Below, piece by piece: positions 16,734-25,087 of a stretch of 27,294 nucleotides of DNA. The stretch comes from Clostridiales bacterium. GTDB taxonomy: Bacteria; Bacillota; Clostridia; Peptostreptococcales; Anaerovoracaceae. The stretch spans positions 1-27,294 of the forward strand of contig JAAYYX010000185.1 of the NCBI GenBank assembly GCA_012515135.1. Direction: 5' to 3'. The position numbers were made by a program, and so were the translations under genes. Positions within the stretch are counted from its first letter, which is position 1, and every line of letters begins with the position of its first letter. The notes beneath the pieces were generated by a model. It was not told the origin of the DNA and did no database searches. It was given only the letters and a program-made list of their open reading frames with translations.

Positions 16734-18665
16734 ATGGGCACTATAATATTTCTGATCGTGTTTCCGCTTATAGCTGCTGTTGCTCTTTTGATACTCAAGA
16801 ACGATGGACCGCGGGATATTGTTGTAAAGGTTTCGGCAGCTTTAATAGCCGCAGCTTCAATAATACTCGTTGTACAGTATTTCGGTGAAGGTGACCGCTA
16901 CTTCGATGTGGACGGTGAGATCATCGGATATCTGATGATGGCAATAGAGATCGCTCTTGCCATTGTAATTATCTGGCTGGGTATAAAATACAAAAAAATC
17001 CTGGCAGTCGTTCTTGCAGCTATCCAGACACCGCTTATGGTGTGGTTTGAGCTCAGCACGGGACATGGCATTGCAGTTGTAAACAACTTATATGTTGACA
17101 GACTGTCAATGATAATGGTCCTGATAATCGGGATCATTGGAACTCTTATCTGTGTATATGGAATAGGATACATGAAAGACTTCCAGAAACATCATCAGGA
17201 GGCAGGGGACAGAAGACCTTGGTTCTTTTTCCTTATGTTCCTGTTTCTTTCGGCTATGTTCGGCATAGTTGTATCAAACAACCTTGTATGGTTGTATTTT
17301 TTCTGGGAGATCACAACTCTTTGTTCTTTCTTCCTCATAGGATACAACGGATTGTTCCACAAGAAGCATGAAGACAAGGTCGCCACGAGAAATGCATTCA
17401 GAGCACTTATCATGAACCTGATTGGCGGACTGGGGTTCGTCATTGGGATCATAATACTTGGTTCATATTACGGCACCTTGGAACTTTCCACAATGCTCAA
17501 GATAGGATCAATGGGATACAGTGTTGCAGCTCCTGCTATATTCCTTGCCTTTGCGGGAATAACAAAGGCCGCACAGATGCCTTTCAACAGCTGGCTTCTG
17601 GGAGCAATGGTGGCACCGACACCCACATCCGCACTTCTTCACTCATCAACAATGGTCAAAGCAGGAGTTTTCCTTATAATCAAACTTGCCCCTGTTATGG
17701 GATGGAATATCGCGGGAATAATGGTAATGATGGTAGGAGGGATAACCTTCCTGATGGCATCTTTCAATGCCATTTCTCAAAGCAATGCAAAAAAAGTGCT
17801 GGCTTATTCTACGGTGGCCAATCTGGGACTTATAGTGGCCTGTGCAGGCGTGGGAAGCCCCGGGGCTGTGTGGGCAGGAATAATGCTGATAATATTCCAT
17901 GCGGTCACTAAATCACTTTTATTCCTTTGTGTTGGTACAGCAGAACATAATATCGGAAGCAGAGACATAGAAGATATGGACGGACTTTTCGAAAGGATGC
18001 CGCGCCTGGCAATGTTTATGATGATAGGAATAGCAGGCATGTTCCTGGCTCCCATGGGAATGCTGATTTCAAAGTGGGATGCCATGATAGCATTTGTAGA
18101 TTCAAACAATATAATCCTGATACTTATAATATGCTTCGGCAGTGCGGCAACAGCCTTCTATTGGGCTAAATGGCTGGGTAAAATGTCGGCTATAGTTGCA
18201 AAAGAAGAAAACATACAAAAGAGCGTACACAAAGAAGAGTGGTTTTCCCAGGGAACACATGTGGTCCTTGTGGTATTGCTTTGCCTGTGTTTCCCCTTCG
18301 TTTCCAGCAGTATGGTAGTGCCTTATCTGGAAAGCGGCTTCGGCAGTGCAGCAGGCCTTGGGCTCACCTCCTATGACTTGATAATAATGTGCGTTATGAT
18401 AGGCGCGCTGATCCTTATATTTGCATTCTTTTTCGGAAGGACAAACAAAAGGATCGTGCCTGTTTACATGGCAGGTGCCGGCAAGGGAGATAACCTGACA
18501 TATGTGGGATCCATGCAGAAGGATACACAGGTGGTACTTAGGAACTGGTACATGGAAAGCTACTTCGGAGAAGTAAAGATGAATGTTATAGGAGTTATAA
18601 CAACATCAGTTGCCATAGTAATAAGCATCGGTCTGGTTCTGGGATCCATGATAGGAGGTATGTAA
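16734..18665 (+). CDS. echA: Ech hydrogenase subunit A, antiporter-like membrane subunit (NuoL/MrpA family)
   Basis: Very hydrophobic 643 aa; FFWEITT, KAAQMPFNSWLLGAMVAPTPTSALLHSSTMVKAGVFL and VLAYST motifs; first gene of an A-B-C-D-E-F cluster. Confidence 0.9.
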   Translation: MGTIIFLIVFPLIAAVALLILKNDGPRDIVVKVSAALIAAASIILVVQYFGEGDRYFDVDGEIIGYLMMAIEIALAIVIIWLGIKYKKILAVVLAAIQTPLMVWFELSTGHGIAVVNNLYVDRLSMIMVLIIGIIGTLICVYGIGYMKDFQKHHQEAGDRRPWFFFLMFLFLSAMFGIVVSNNLVWLYFFWEITTLCSFFLIGYNGLFHKKHEDKVATRNAFRALIMNLIGGLGFVIGIIILGSYYGTLELSTMLKIGSMGYSVAAPAIFLAFAGITKAAQMPFNSWLLGAMVAPTPTSALLHSSTMVKAGVFLIIKLAPVMGWNIAGIMVMMVGGITFLMASFNAISQSNAKKVLAYSTVANLGLIVACAGVGSPGAVWAGIMLIIFHAVTKSLLFLCVGTAEHNIGSRDIEDMDGLFERMPRLAMFMMIGIAGMFLAPMGMLISKWDAMIAFVDSNNIILILIICFGSAATAFYWAKWLGKMSAIVAKEENIQKSVHKEEWFSQGTHVVLVVLLCLCFPFVSSSMVVPYLESGFGSAAGLGLTSYDLIIMCVMIGALILIFAFFFGRTNKRIVPVYMAGAGKGDNLTYVGSMQKDTQVVLRNWYMESYFGEVKMNVIGVITTSVAIVISIGLVLGSMIGGM

Positions 18666-18666
18666 A

Positions 18667-19530
18667 ATGTTGACAGCAATAATATCTGTAATAGCATATC
18701 TGATACTGGCACCTCTTATCGGCGGTTTTCTGGCAGGTGTAGACAGAATAATAACTGCAAGGATGCAGGGAAGATTCGGTCCCCCGGTACTTCAGCCATT
18801 CTATGATGTGCTAAAACTCAGAGAAAAAGAAAACATCACAGTAAACAGAGTTCAGGACTTCTATGTGATATGCTTTTTCATATTTGTGGTGGTCACAGGC
18901 GGATTCTTCTTTGCAGGAGGAAGTTTGCTGCTGGTGATATTCACCCTTACTCTGGCCAGTGTTTTCCTGATAGTTGCAGCTTTTTCATCGGGCTCAGCAT
19001 ATGCGCAGGTCGGTGCAGAAAGAGAACTGCTGCAGATGATGGCCTATGAACCGATGGTTCTCCTTACAGCAGTGGGCTTTTATGCTTACACGGGAAGCTT
19101 CAGAGTAGATGACATAATGCAGGGATCCAATATGTCCCTTATACCGCTTGTGGGAATTTTTGCGGGATATATATTCATACTGACGATCAAGTTCAGGAAG
19201 TCCCCCTTTGATCTTTCCATGTCCCATCATGCTCATCAGGAATTGGTGGCGGGCCTGAAAACTGAATTTTCCGGCAGGACACTGGCTTTGATAGAAGTGG
19301 CTCACTGGTATGAAAATATTTTCCTTCTCGGTATAGTGTTCCTTTTCTTCGTGAACGGAACCATACTGATGACAGTTATCGGCATCGTGGTTTGTCTTCT
19401 TGCATATTTCCTGGAAATATTCATTGACAACAGCTTTGCAAGAATGAAGTGGCAGGTAGCTCTTAATTCGGCGTGGATCGCTGCGCTGGTGCTGGGCGGG
19501 ATCAACCTGTTCATAATAATGATAGGATAG
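18667..19530 (+). CDS. echB: Ech hydrogenase subunit B (NuoH-like membrane subunit)
   Basis: ARMQGRFGPPVLQPFYDVLKL, KSPFDLS and ELVAGLKTEFSG motifs. Confidence 0.92.
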   Translation: MLTAIISVIAYLILAPLIGGFLAGVDRIITARMQGRFGPPVLQPFYDVLKLREKENITVNRVQDFYVICFFIFVVVTGGFFFAGGSLLLVIFTLTLASVFLIVAAFSSGSAYAQVGAERELLQMMAYEPMVLLTAVGFYAYTGSFRVDDIMQGSNMSLIPLVGIFAGYIFILTIKFRKSPFDLSMSHHAHQELVAGLKTEFSGRTLALIEVAHWYENIFLLGIVFLFFVNGTILMTVIGIVVCLLAYFLEIFIDNSFARMKWQVALNSAWIAALVLGGINLFIIMIG

Positions 19531-19542
19531 GAGGTGTAATAA

Positions 19543-20022
19543 ATGTCATATGTAACAAAATCTCCATGGATCATACACTATGATGGTTCAAGCTGTAACG
19601 GATGCGATATAGAAGTACTGGCATGCCTTACACCCATGTACGACGTTGAAAGATTCGGTATCATAAATACAGGAAATCCCAAGCATGCGGATGTCTTCCT
19701 TGTCACAGGTTCAGTAAACGAACAGAACAAAGGAGTGGTACAGCAGATATATGAACAGATGCCTGAACCCAAAGTTGTGGTGGCAATAGGTATATGTGCC
19801 TGCTCCGGAGGAGTATTCAGAGACTGCTATAATGTTATGGGCGGCATCGATACTGTCATCCCTGTGGACTGCTATGTTCCCGGATGTGCAGCAAGACCGG
19901 AAGCGATAATAGATGCCGTGGTCAAGGGACTGGGTGTCCTGGCCGAAAAGAGGGCCGCAATGGAAGCAAAAGAAGACAAGGCGGAACTGGCGGCAGAAAC
20001 GGAGGGAAAACAGGATGAGTGA
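19543..20022 (+). CDS. echC: Ech hydrogenase small subunit C (NuoB-like, 4Fe-4S)
   Basis: SCNGCDIE, GICACSGG and VPGCAARPEAI cluster ligands. Confidence 0.94.
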   Translation: MSYVTKSPWIIHYDGSSCNGCDIEVLACLTPMYDVERFGIINTGNPKHADVFLVTGSVNEQNKGVVQQIYEQMPEPKVVVAIGICACSGGVFRDCYNVMGGIDTVIPVDCYVPGCAARPEAIIDAVVKGLGVLAEKRAAMEAKEDKAELAAETEGKQDE

Positions 20023-20374
20023 CAAAAAATATATGGTACAGGAATTTGTTGCCGTTGAGTCTGCCACATTGCTGGAATACATGAAAGATATAAAAGCGGA
20101 AGGTTATAGGCTGGCACAGATATGTGCGATGAAAAAAGAAGGCGATATCGAACTGATATATTCTTTTGATAAGGATCACCTTATGAAAAACATAAGAGTG
20201 ATCGTTCCTGAAAATCAGGAAATCGAAAGTATATCGGATATATATTGGTATGCATTTATTTATGAAAATGAAATGCATGATCTGTTCGGAGTGAAGTTCA
20301 GGCATTTGGCTTTGGATTACGGCGGCAATTTCTTCAAGGTTTCCGAACCGACTCCGTGGAATCCCAAAGAGTAG
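20015..20374 (+). CDS. echD: Ech hydrogenase subunit D (NuoC-like, 119 aa)
   Basis: IYSFD, SISDIYWYAFIYENEMHDLFGVKF motifs; start ATG 20015 behind GGAGG. Confidence 0.9.
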   Translation: MSDKKYMVQEFVAVESATLLEYMKDIKAEGYRLAQICAMKKEGDIELIYSFDKDHLMKNIRVIVPENQEIESISDIYWYAFIYENEMHDLFGVKFRHLALDYGGNFFKVSEPTPWNPKE

Positions 20375-20394
20375 AAAGAAAGGAAGTTAAAAAA

Positions 20395-21474
20395 ATGGGT
20401 AAAAGAACTATAATTCCTTTCGGACCACAACATCCCGTGCTTCCCGAACCGGTCCATCTGGATCTGGTCATAGAAGATGAGAGGGTGGTTGAAGCCATTC
20501 CGTCTATTGGGTATATCCATAGAGGGCTGGAAAAACTTGTGGAAAAAAAGGAATATACCGAAATGGTATATGTTATCGAAAGAATATGCGGGATCTGTAG
20601 CTTCGGACATGGCTGGGGATACTGCGCTGCTGTGGAAGGTGCAATGGACATAAAAGTGCCCGAGAGAGCAGAATATCTCAGAACCATCTGGCATGAACTG
20701 GGAAGGATGCACTCACACCTGCTGTGGCTGGGACTTCTTGCAGACGGATTCGGATTTGAGAGTCTCTTCATGCATTGCTGGAGGATCAGAGAAACAGTTT
20801 TGGACATTTTTGAGGAGACAACCGGCGGAAGAGTTATCTTCTCCGTTTGTAAAGTGGGAGGGCTGAGAAAAGATGTGGATGCCAAAACCCTGGAAAAAAT
20901 GTCTGGCCTGCTCAATGGCATCAAAAAAGAGCTACAGGAACTTACAGATGTATTTCTGGAGGATCGCTCCGTAAAGAACAGACTTTGCGGGGTTGGAGTG
21001 CTTTCAAAAGAAGAAGCAGAAGAACTGGGAGCAGTAGGACCCATGGCAAGGGCTTCAGGAGTGGCACAGGATATGCGTATGGCCGGCCATGGCAAATATC
21101 TGGAACTGGGCTTTGAACCTGTTGTCGAAACTGACGGAGACTGCTATGCAAGATGTAAAGTAAGACTCAGGGAAGTGTTTCAGTCTATCGACCTTATAAA
21201 CAAGGCCATAGATGAGATCCCGGAAGGCGATATAGCAGTTCCCGTAAAGGGCAATGTGGACGGTGAATTCATAACCAGAATGGAACAGCCCAGGGGCGAA
21301 GCCATTTATTACGCAAAAGGTCAGGGAACCAAATTTCTTGAGAGAATGAGGGTCAGAACGCCTACGAACGCCAATATACCCGCAATGGTAAAAACACTGC
21401 AGGGTTGCGACCTGGCCGATGTGCCCATGCTGGTTCTTACGATCGATCCTTGCATAAGTTGTACAGAAAGGTAG
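20395..21474 (+). CDS. echE: Ech [NiFe]-hydrogenase large subunit E (group 4, 359 aa)
   Basis: FGPQHP, GYIHRGLEKL, L1 ERICGIC and L2 DPCISCTER. All four Ni/Fe Cys are present, so this is a hydrogenase rather than complex I NuoD. Confidence 0.95.
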   Translation: MGKRTIIPFGPQHPVLPEPVHLDLVIEDERVVEAIPSIGYIHRGLEKLVEKKEYTEMVYVIERICGICSFGHGWGYCAAVEGAMDIKVPERAEYLRTIWHELGRMHSHLLWLGLLADGFGFESLFMHCWRIRETVLDIFEETTGGRVIFSVCKVGGLRKDVDAKTLEKMSGLLNGIKKELQELTDVFLEDRSVKNRLCGVGVLSKEEAEELGAVGPMARASGVAQDMRMAGHGKYLELGFEPVVETDGDCYARCKVRLREVFQSIDLINKAIDEIPEGDIAVPVKGNVDGEFITRMEQPRGEAIYYAKGQGTKFLERMRVRTPTNANIPAMVKTLQGCDLADVPMLVLTIDPCISCTER

Positions 21475-21483
21475 GTGAGAGAT

Positions 21484-22041
21484 ATGGCAGTATTCAAAAT
21501 AGGAAAAGTCATACTTAGAAGTTTATTCAAAAAGCCTGCAACTCTCATGTACCCCATCAAACCAAGAGAATGGCAGGAAAGGACAAGAGGTCACATAGAA
21601 ATCAACGAAGCGGACTGTATACTTTGCGGTATTTGCGCCAAAAGATGTCCCACATTGGCTATTAATGTAGATAAAGCGGCAAGGACATGGACCATCGAAA
21701 GGATGCTTTGCATACAGTGCGGAGCATGTGCAGAAAACTGTCCCAAAAAGTGTCTGCTGATGAAACCCGATTATACCAGTCCCGATGTTGTGAAAGTAAC
21801 AGATACTTTCAATATCCCCGATGCCGAAAAAAAGACAGAAAAAACATCGGCGGGAAGCGGAGCCGCCCCGGTGTGCGACAGAGAAACATGCATATATTGC
21901 GGTATTTGCGCAAAGCAGTGTCCCTGTAATGCCATTACGGTGGATCGAAAAGAAAAGACCTGGGAAGTTGATGAAAATGTATGCATAAGCTGCGGCATAT
22001 GCGTTGAAAAATGTCCGAAGAACAGTCTGAAAATCGATTAG
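21484..22041 (+). CDS. echF: Ech hydrogenase subunit F, 4Fe-4S polyferredoxin (NuoI-like, 185 aa)
   Basis: KPATLMYP...RGHIEI N-terminus and four CxxCxxCxxxCP motifs; ATG 21484 behind AGGTAGGTGA. Confidence 0.9.
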   Translation: MAVFKIGKVILRSLFKKPATLMYPIKPREWQERTRGHIEINEADCILCGICAKRCPTLAINVDKAARTWTIERMLCIQCGACAENCPKKCLLMKPDYTSPDVVKVTDTFNIPDAEKKTEKTSAGSGAAPVCDRETCIYCGICAKQCPCNAITVDRKEKTWEVDENVCISCGICVEKCPKNSLKID

Positions 22042-22057
22042 GCAAATGAATCGTTCC

Positions 22058-22083
22058 AAAAGGACCCGAAAGGGTCCTTTTTT
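22058..22083 (+). terminator. Intrinsic terminator of the ech operon
   Basis: AAAAGGACCC-GAAA-GGGTCCTTTT perfect 10-bp stem, GNRA loop, T-tract (6 T); flanking A-tract allows bidirectional function. Confidence 0.93.
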
Positions 22084-22131
22084 GTGTATGAATAAATATA
22101 CAAAAGTATACAAAATACATATTGAAAGACA

Positions 22132-22149
22132 CTGTTAAAAGATAAACAG
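22132..22149. promoter_or_regulatory. Candidate Rex (NADH/NAD+ sensor) operator upstream of rnfC
   Basis: CTGTTAA-AAGA-TAAACAG against clostridial consensus TTGTTAA-N4-TTAACAA: 11 of 14 positions, outer deviations (C/G) keep symmetry. Confidence 0.45.
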
Positions 22150-22280
22150 TTGAGTTACAATACATCTGGTGAAGGATTAGTTTGCACATAGCATAAACTA
22201 ATTTGCTTTTTGACCACTTGCCGTTGGATAAGGCGGCCGGTGGAGTATTCTGAAGCAAATAGAGAAAGGACGAAAAAGCA

Positions 22281-23606
22281 GTGGTTTTTAAAGGTAAAAG
22301 CCTAAAAGGCATCAAAGTGGATCATAATAAAACAACTGAGGGGTCTAAAACAGAAAGAATGATACCGGTGCCTGCTTATGTTTATATATCCATGTCACAG
22401 CACATCGGTGCACCGTGCAAGCCCCTTTTAGGCCCCGGGGAAATGGTGAGAGTGGGACAGCTGATAGCAGATTCAGATGCATTTGTAAGTGTGCCTATAC
22501 ATTCCAGCGTATCAGGGACTGTGGAGAAAATCGATGGGATACGTTCGGCCACCGGTGGGGAAGACAAGGTAATGGTCATAAAAACAGATAGAAAACAGGA
22601 TCTTGTTGAAGGTATAAAGCCTCCCAGGATAAGAAGCAGAGAAGGCTTTGTCAGAGAAGTCAGAGCCAGCGGTCTTGTAGGCCTTGGCGGTGCGGCTTTT
22701 CCCACTCATATAAAGTTTGCCCCAAAAAACCCCGATGAAGTAAAAACTTTGATAGTAAACGGAGCCGAGTGCGAACCTTTTATAACTTCCGATTACAGAA
22801 CTATGATAGAAGATACAGATGACATAATAAGCGGGATAAAAATCACAATGAAATATCTGGATATGGAAGAGTGTTTTATAGGCATAGAGAGCAACAAGCC
22901 CGATGCCATAGAGCTTATCAAAGAAAAACTCCATGAACAGGGACTGGATAATATCAAGGTAGTTACACTGAAAGCCTCCTACCCCCAGGGCGCAGAGAGA
23001 GTTCTGGTGGAAGTTATAACAGGTAAAAAAATGGCTGCGGGAGTCCTTCCGGCGGAGCTTGGCGTAATAGTAAGCAATATAACGACCATTGCATTCCTGG
23101 GTCAGTATTTCAGGACAGGGATGCCTTTGATCTCAAAAAGGATAACAGTAGACGGATCGGCTGTAAGGCAGCCGAAGAATATAAGGGTACCCATAGGGGC
23201 CATGATATCTGATGTGATTGAATTTTGCGGAGGATATAGAGGAAAACCAAGCAAGATAATAATGGGTGGACCTATGATGGGAAGAGCTATTTTTTCCGAC
23301 AATCTCCCAATAGTTAAACATAACAACGCAATATTGGCCTTTACCGGCAGGCAGGCTTATATCGAAGAAGAAACTGCCTGCATAAACTGTGGCCGATGTT
23401 ACAGGGCATGTCCCATAAATCTTCTGCCCTATGCCCTTTGCAAAGCTTATGACAAAAAAGATATAGAAAGACTCAAAGAACTGGATGTTATGCAGTGTAT
23501 GGAATGCGGTAGCTGCGCATATGTTTGCCCTGCAAGAAAACCACTGGGTTTCACCAATAAAATAGGCAAACAGCTGGTTAAGGAGGCGTCTGCAAATGAT
23601 CGGTAA
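22281..23606 (+). CDS. rnfC: Rnf complex subunit C
   Basis: SQHIGAP, HSSVSGTV, GLVGLGGAAFPTHIK, NGAECEPFITSD, YPQGAE, MGGPMMG, and CINCGRCYRACP / CMECGSCAYVCP; GTG start. Confidence 0.96.
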   Translation: MVFKGKSLKGIKVDHNKTTEGSKTERMIPVPAYVYISMSQHIGAPCKPLLGPGEMVRVGQLIADSDAFVSVPIHSSVSGTVEKIDGIRSATGGEDKVMVIKTDRKQDLVEGIKPPRIRSREGFVREVRASGLVGLGGAAFPTHIKFAPKNPDEVKTLIVNGAECEPFITSDYRTMIEDTDDIISGIKITMKYLDMEECFIGIESNKPDAIELIKEKLHEQGLDNIKVVTLKASYPQGAERVLVEVITGKKMAAGVLPAELGVIVSNITTIAFLGQYFRTGMPLISKRITVDGSAVRQPKNIRVPIGAMISDVIEFCGGYRGKPSKIIMGGPMMGRAIFSDNLPIVKHNNAILAFTGRQAYIEEETACINCGRCYRACPINLLPYALCKAYDKKDIERLKELDVMQCMECGSCAYVCPARKPLGFTNKIGKQLVKEASANDR

Positions 23607-24606
23607 CATGAAAAACAAAAACAATCTAAAACTTATCGTTTCGGCATCGCCTCATCTCGTGTCCGGACTTAACACTCAGAAAATAATGCTTTATGTAGTG
23701 ATCGCCCTTATGCCTTCTTTGGTGGCGAGCACATGGATATTCGGATTCAGAGCTTTTGCATTGACGGTGTTTTGTGTAGCCGCATGTATGATATTCGAAT
23801 ATATTTTTAATCTTATAGCAAAAAAACCACAGACCACAAAAGATCTTTCTGCAGTAGTCACAGGTATTCTCCTGGCTTTCAATCTGCCGGTATCCCTCCC
23901 ATACTGGATAGCTGCGGTTGGCTGTTTTATTGCAATAATAATAGTGAAACAATTATTCGGTGGAATAGGTAAAAACATCGTAAACCCGGCTATTACCGCA
24001 AGAGTGGTGCTCCTGGTATCATTTCCGGCGGCAATGACCACCTGGCAGGCCACCAGGTTCGCCGGGGATGCAGTATCTGGTGCAACGCCTCTGGGCATGA
24101 TCAAAGAAGGCCTGGAAGTACCCTCCAATATGGATCTTTTCCTGGGTAATGTGGGAGGATCCATGGGGGAGGTAAGTGCACTTGCCTTGCTTATAGGTTT
24201 TGCTTTTCTTCTTTTCAAAAAAGTAGTTTCGCCGTTGATACCCATATGTTATCTGGCTGTAGTTTTCTTTTTTGCTCTTGCGGCAGGAGAGGATCCGCTG
24301 TTTCATATTTTTGCGGGAGGAGTTATGCTGGGAGCGCTTTTTATGGCGACGGATTATGTTACCACTCCGGTGCTTCCTCCCGGACAAATCATTTTTGGAC
24401 TGGGATGTGGTTTCATAACTATGGTCATAAGGATATGGGGGGCATATCCTGAGGGAGTCTCATTTTCTATACTTCTTATGAATATACTTGTACCTCATAT
24501 TGACAGGTTATGTGATCATATAATATTCAAAGTCAAGACGGTAAAGAAAAAATCCAGAAGCACAAAGAAAACTGTGATGAACAATATTAAGGAGGGCACG
24601 AAATGA
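23596..24606 (+). CDS. rnfD: Rnf complex subunit D
   Basis: DLSAVVTGILLA, KQLFGGIGKNIVNPA, FMN-attachment SGATPL, GGSMGEVS and FMATDYVTT motifs; RBS AAGGAGG. Confidence 0.95.
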   Translation: MIGNMKNKNNLKLIVSASPHLVSGLNTQKIMLYVVIALMPSLVASTWIFGFRAFALTVFCVAACMIFEYIFNLIAKKPQTTKDLSAVVTGILLAFNLPVSLPYWIAAVGCFIAIIIVKQLFGGIGKNIVNPAITARVVLLVSFPAAMTTWQATRFAGDAVSGATPLGMIKEGLEVPSNMDLFLGNVGGSMGEVSALALLIGFAFLLFKKVVSPLIPICYLAVVFFFALAAGEDPLFHIFAGGVMLGALFMATDYVTTPVLPPGQIIFGLGCGFITMVIRIWGAYPEGVSFSILLMNILVPHIDRLCDHIIFKVKTVKKKSRSTKKTVMNNIKEGTK

Positions 24607-25082
24607 ATTTCAGAAGAAGATTAGTAGATCATGTGGTGCCCACCATAGTGCTTGTAGTGATATGCCTTGTTGTGACCTGCGCTCTTGCTTTCACATATTC
24701 AAAAACAAAAACAGCCATTGATTCCAATGCACAAAAAACCCAGGAGGAAGCCGCAAAAGAGGTCCTTGGAGAGAAAGAAGGAAAAGCACTGGAAGAAACC
24801 GTCCAAAGCTATGGAGGAGAAATGTCTGTTATGGTAGGCATAAGCAATGAGGGGAAGGTTACGGGGGTAAAAGTGATTTCTCATGCAGATACACCGGGAC
24901 TTGGTACAAAAGCCATGGAAACTGATTATCTGACCCAGTATAAAGGGATAAAAAAACTTGATCATGAAAGCATAAGGGAAGATGAAAGCAAAGATGCCGT
25001 AACCGGAGCGACAATCTCTTCAAATGCGGTATATGCGGCAGTCAAAAAAGCTCTTTTAGAATATGAAAATGTGGGACGGTGA
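24603..25082 (+). CDS. rnfG: Rnf complex subunit G (short, 159 aa)
   Basis: N-terminal TM helix, YGG..VMVGI, DTPGLG, FMN-attachment DAVTGATISS. Confidence 0.92.
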   Translation: MNFRRRLVDHVVPTIVLVVICLVVTCALAFTYSKTKTAIDSNAQKTQEEAAKEVLGEKEGKALEETVQSYGGEMSVMVGISNEGKVTGVKVISHADTPGLGTKAMETDYLTQYKGIKKLDHESIREDESKDAVTGATISSNAVYAAVKKALLEYENVGR

Positions 25083-25087
25083 TAGAA

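Noticed and set aside
16734-22041. Reading the ech cluster as NADH dehydrogenase (nuo) genes
   Set aside because: The large subunit keeps both CxxC NiFe motifs, there are only six subunits in Ech order, and no NuoEFG or NuoAJKMN.
22046-22138. 30-codon small ORF (MNRSKRTRKGPFLCMNKY...) in the ech-rnf gap
   Set aside because: It crosses the ech terminator, has no real RBS, and overlaps regulatory motifs.
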